The position numbers were made by a program, and so were the translations under genes. DNA of 64,000 nucleotides from Phoronis australis. Taxonomy: Eukaryota > Animalia > Phoronida. This document shows, one piece after another, positions 60,295 through 64,000 of this stretch; positions within the stretch are counted from its first letter, which is position 1, and each line of letters begins with the position of its first letter. The stretch spans positions 804,535 through 868,534 of the forward strand of contig NMRA01000088.1 in NCBI GenBank assembly GCA_002633005.1. The letters run 5' to 3'. The notes beneath the pieces are model-generated. The model searched no databases, had not been told where the DNA came from, and saw nothing but the letters and a program-made list of their open reading frames with translations.

Positions 60295-60568
60295 TCAGTC
60301 TTTGGAGCTTTGTGTCCCAACAGATGGAGCCTCTGTGCTTTGTTCCTGTGTATCAGCTTGCAGTGCATTGGGTCCACCAATTATCTCAAGCCTCTGTAAT
60401 TTCTTAAGCAATTCTAGATTCAGACCAGCTGACTCCAACCACACACGGTACGACGAGATCCCCCTGTCTTGGACTTCCTTTCGCCCAGTTGACGTAATTA
60501 TGTCCCCTGACTCCTTTATAATGATGAGACGTGGAACCAAGTGGATATCGTACCTCGTTTTTAAGTCC
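60295..60568 (-). CDS. Nucleoredoxin-like gene, last exon (DLKTRYDIHLVPRLIIIKESGDIITSTGRKEVQDRG..W...*)
   Basis: ttgcag| acceptor phase 2 fits; resembles the NXNL2 C-half as recalled (LKKRY.I..IPKLVIVKQNGEVIT..GRKQI..RG...W); TGA stop. Confidence 0.9.
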
Positions 60569-61060
60569 CTGCAATATTAATGGAGGAGTATAGTCTTTTT
60601 AACTGACCAGAATGTGTGGTAGTTGATTTGGAAAATCTAGCTTTTTTAAGTTGGGAAATGAATAAAGTTCCTTCAATTAAAATTTCAAAACTGCTCAAAC
60701 AAGTGCAAGTTGGAAAAAAGCGATGAAATGTACACAAAAAAGGCAAAAAGATTACTGTTTTGTGCAATGCAAAACTAGTGAAATGAAAATGATTCTTCAT
60801 CTGCAGGTAGTAAACACTGCTGAAAAAAATATTCATGATAATGACATTGTGTGTACGAAACAAGAATACATGCTAACACACTTTAAATCAGCATTAAAAC
60901 AGTTTGCTTTCAGTCAAAAAAACAAGTTTTAATTTAAGGTATTGACCATTGTAAAATTTGTTTTGTTTCTTTCTCAGTTAAGAAGTGATCTAAAGGCTCC
61001 AAGTAAACTGACAGTAAAATAAAAAAATGACAGTTTGTTCTTTCTTCAGACCAAGCTCAC

Positions 61061-61120
61061 GGGTCGCGCTGTGACCTCACCAGGTCGGGCTGTGACCTCA
61101 CCAGGTCGTGCTGTGACCTG
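61061..61120. repeat. 21-bp tandem repeat (ggtcgnnctgtgacctcacca), about 3 copies, in the NXNL-like intron
   Basis: Direct tandem units. Confidence 0.85.
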
Positions 61121-61342
61121 AAATGCATGACCTTGCCCTAAAGAAATGACAAACTGTCAGTTCATTTCAAGCCCATAAATACACCTATTTCTACTTAAGA
61201 ACACTCTGAGACCAATATCATAACGGTAACTAGTCTAAATCAAAACTTGGGTTTTTGACAGAAAGCACACTCGGGTTTAAATGCCACTTTAACTGGATTA
61301 CGTGACTTAAATTTTCAAATAAAACAAAGAAATGGAACATAC

Positions 61343-61767
61343 TGAGCTACTGTTTCACTAAATGGAACATATAGCCAGCCACCGTGGTCATTGAGATAGT
61401 CCTTCATAGAGTCTTCTGTTTTATCACAGGATATGAACACAACTTCGAATGGCCATCCCCTCTTCTTCAATTCGTAATAGAGATCTTTCAGCACTGGAGT
61501 GAATCTCCGACAAGGTGGGCACCAACCGGCAGAGAAATATAATCCTATCACTTTGTTGGAGAGAGCGTCTGTTGCTTTTATTTTCTCATGTGTTGAACAT
61601 CGAGCTAACTCCGTTTCACCGAATATTTCAATTGATGGGGGTGAGAAGGAAACTTGAGTTTGTTTTTCATCTTCGGTATTCACTTGTACCACATCATCTT
61701 CAAATGGCTTCTTGCCTCTGTCACTTTTGGCACTTTTCTTCCTAATTCTTGCTGACGATTTACGTTC
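61343..61767 (-). CDS. Nucleoredoxin-like (NXNL2/tryparedoxin-type) thioredoxin, exon with WCPPC active site
   Basis: ttttcag|...CA|gtatgt; LSNKVIGLYFSAGWCPPCRRFTPVL...FEVVFISCD...GGWLYVPF, typical nucleoredoxin fold. Confidence 0.92.
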
Positions 61768-62784
61768 CTGAAAAGCAAACAAAAAGTCTCGGAGTCTTTG
61801 TCAAGATGACAGAGCTTATAAATATAATACGAGTTGGTTTATCATGAGATAATTCCATTCACTGAATGACGGACATGTGATTCAGTGAAAATGGTGTGGA
61901 CACAGTTATTGTCACCTAACTGTTAGTTACAAAGGTCAAATGAAGACAACAAAATTGAGTCATTAAATTTTTGATTTTCAAATTTCTTGATGTTCTCATT
62001 TTCATTTTGCATCTCATAAAGTTGGCTAAGAAGTATTACTTTGACTGACATCCAAAACGATTTGAGCATGTTGCTTTCTCCTCCCTTACCTTCACGAGAA
62101 AAAGAAAAGTTGTTTTTCTTATGTTTTGAACTCTGCACTTTGCGAGTGATGAGGAGGAATAAAAAATGGAAGTATTATTTTGATTTTTATTTTCTCCACA
62201 AAATGAATAATCAGTGTTAAATTTGCTCAATTTTATGTTAATAAGAAATTAAACGAAAAATCGATTTGGTACTTTCGTACACATGGACATGGCATATAGG
62301 CAGGAGACAACGGCAACTGAATGCAAGAAAGTTGTCATGTTTTAATTATTTCACATCAGTGTCAGTTTAACAAAAAAAAAACTGTGGCACAGGAGCTAGT
62401 GACTAATATAAAATGTGAAAGAATATATATAAGTAGGCCTAAATGATAAGATTTATCAATTCAAAACAAGCAAGCATCCAAAGGCAAAATTTCCGAGGCT
62501 GACGACATAGGCAATATTGGTGTTGCAGACCAAGGAAGTCACCAGACCGGGTTAAATTGGCCTGCTTACATATAGTTCAACCTCGTAGAGTAAGTGAACT
62601 CCTACGCCCGAGTTGCACTCTACCGTTGAATAGTTGCCACGATTTTATAGTGCCAGATTTGCCAAATGCAACTTTCCAACTCCAAGGACAGGTAGATTTC
62701 ATCTTCTTGTTTGTTTGTTATATAATTTCTGTTTGCGGAGAGAGTTAAACTGATAAAAAGTCGTTGAAAAGTATACCAGTATAC

Positions 62785-62826
62785 CTGAGGTTGTGACACT
62801 TCTATTTCTAGACTGCTACGTGACAT
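62785..62826 (-). CDS. Nucleoredoxin-like gene, probable first coding exon (MSRSSLEIEVSQPQ)
   Basis: ATG at 62826, CAG|gtatac donor, phase 0 matches the next exon; no homology support. Confidence 0.55.
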
Positions 62827-63133
62827 CCCAAAAATGAGCTTGGTAAAACGACCAGAAGCACGAAACCACACAGGTGAAGATCCAGTCGTCAAAGACGCAT
62901 CCAAACCGGATGTTGATTTCTGCTGGCGTATGATGTTGAAAACAAGCTTTCGATTATCGTTCGTTCCATTTTCAGCTATTGTACATAGTTATATTAGTTT
63001 TTGACCAGTGTCAAAAGCGGGAAGCGATTTTCCTTGTTCTTTTGATAGAGACAAAGACGCTTAAGTGACGAAGAAGCGTTGATAAATCCGCATCCATACC
63101 TAGCGACGCCTGTGTTCAACACGCTGTACTAAA
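62827..63133. promoter_or_regulatory. Bidirectional promoter and 5'UTRs shared by the NXNL-like gene (-) and ALG6 (+)
   Basis: Head-to-head start codons about 307 bp apart; locally CpG-richer sequence. Confidence 0.6.
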
Positions 63134-63215
63134 ATGGAGGGCACGTTGCAAGTTAGCCTTGTGTTTCTTGGAGCAGTTCTTTTCCGTTGGTGTGTTTCGC
63201 TGGGACCTTATTCTG
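63134..63215 (+). CDS. ALG6: ALG6 alpha-1,3-glucosyltransferase, first coding exon (MEGTLQVSLVFLGAVLFRWCVSLGPYSG)
   Basis: aaaATGG context, hydrophobic segment followed by RWxVSLxxYSG, G|gtaatg donor (phase 1). Confidence 0.9.
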
Positions 63216-63508
63216 GTAATGCAAGTAGATGTACCGCTAGGGTTAAGTGGTTGTAGCGATACAATGGTCTCTCCTAATGACAACCCCCTTTTTTAATCAT
63301 CCAGTAGCGGCTGTGACCGGCCGCTGTTCTAGTCGCAGACGACGACGTTGTTGGTGTTGGGCATTGAGTAAACGATCGGTAATGAAAAACGTTATTTCGT
63401 TTATGTGTATTTAGCCATGGAATAACTGTTGCATACCTTACTCCATGCATTTCCCCTGATTCTTCACAGGTATTACATATAATTACTTAAACTTCCACCT
63501 TTTGTCAG

Positions 63509-63683
63509 GTAAGGGCAAGCCTCCTATGTATGGCGACTATGAGGCACAAAGACACTGGATGGAGGTGACACAGAACCTGGAGATTAGAGACTGGTACAGG
63601 AACACCTCTGACAACGATCTGTTATACTGGGGACTGGACTACCCACCACTTCAAGCATATCACAGCTGGATCTGTGGCTTTGT
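63509..63683 (+). CDS. ALG6: ALG6 second coding exon ([20 protein letters not shown]...[19 protein letters not shown]); gene continues beyond the window
   Basis: [12 protein letters not shown] and [13 protein letters not shown] are ALG6 signatures; gtcag|...|gtagga. Confidence 0.95.
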
Positions 63684-64000
63684 GTAGGATGACTTCTCTT
63701 GCATTCAGTTTTGAAACCACATGCAGTGCTGTCCTAAAAAAATTTGTTTGGGTTCGTGTATTAGGGTGGAGGCACCCTTTTTAGAGGTTCCAATAGCAAC
63801 TTTGCCTCCAACATCCTCCTAGTACACTACAGAGTCCTTGATGCCTTGATTTTGGGGCCAAGTATTGGCCTCCTTACCCTATTGAAAATATTTAGAAATT
63901 ACACAAAATTTCCCTCATCATGCTCCAAACTTCCCCTCCAATGGTGAAAAATTCTCTTCAAGATTAGAAACACTTCTGCAAAATGCTGGTTTTGGCCAAC

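Noticed and set aside
57228-60295. Functional clustering of a ciliopathy gene with an RdCVF-like gene
   Set aside because: Tail-to-tail adjacency alone is not evidence of co-function; synteny cannot be assessed from one window.
60244-60297. TGA stop of the thioredoxin-like gene followed by a 3'UTR hairpin, suggesting selenocysteine recoding
   Set aside because: The active site is ordinary Cys-Pro-Pro-Cys, the TGA is at the end of an unconserved tail, and the hairpin (tgaaccat/atggttca) lacks the SECIS GA/GA quartet geometry.
61061-61120. AGGTC...TGACCT repeats as oestrogen-response elements
   Set aside because: The spacing is 5 nt rather than 3 and the motif arises from a short tandem repeat; no other support.

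Overview
Eukaryotic (animal, probably a highly heterozygous marine invertebrate) AT-rich genomic DNA. The ORF track is mostly noise because the genes are intron-rich. I reconstructed three genes by hand from GT-AG splice sites and phase. (1) On +, a 5'-truncated CC2D2A/MKS6 ciliary transition-zone gene: 35 in-frame coding exons, 426-57228, about 1557 aa visible. (2) On -, a 3-exon nucleoredoxin-like (NXNL2/RdCVF2-like) thioredoxin with an intact WCPPC site, 60295-62826. (3) On +, the first two coding exons of ALG6 (63134-63683), head-to-head with the NXNL gene across about 300 bp. Introns are full of non-autonomous DNA transposons (TTAA-flanked Kolobok-like families, a hAT MITE, TA-flanked MITEs), foldbacks and minisatellites. 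Three apparent tandem duplications, two containing CC2D2A exons, abut N gaps and look like both haplotypes assembled in tandem. The most interesting observations are: an RdCVF-type intron position in a catalytically intact NXNL, a CC2D2A splice acceptor supplied by a transposon, a triplicated splice donor, and a palindromic element built from two divergent tRNA-like units that hosts nested transposons. I found no convincing wholly new protein system. All homology calls are from recall, not from a search.
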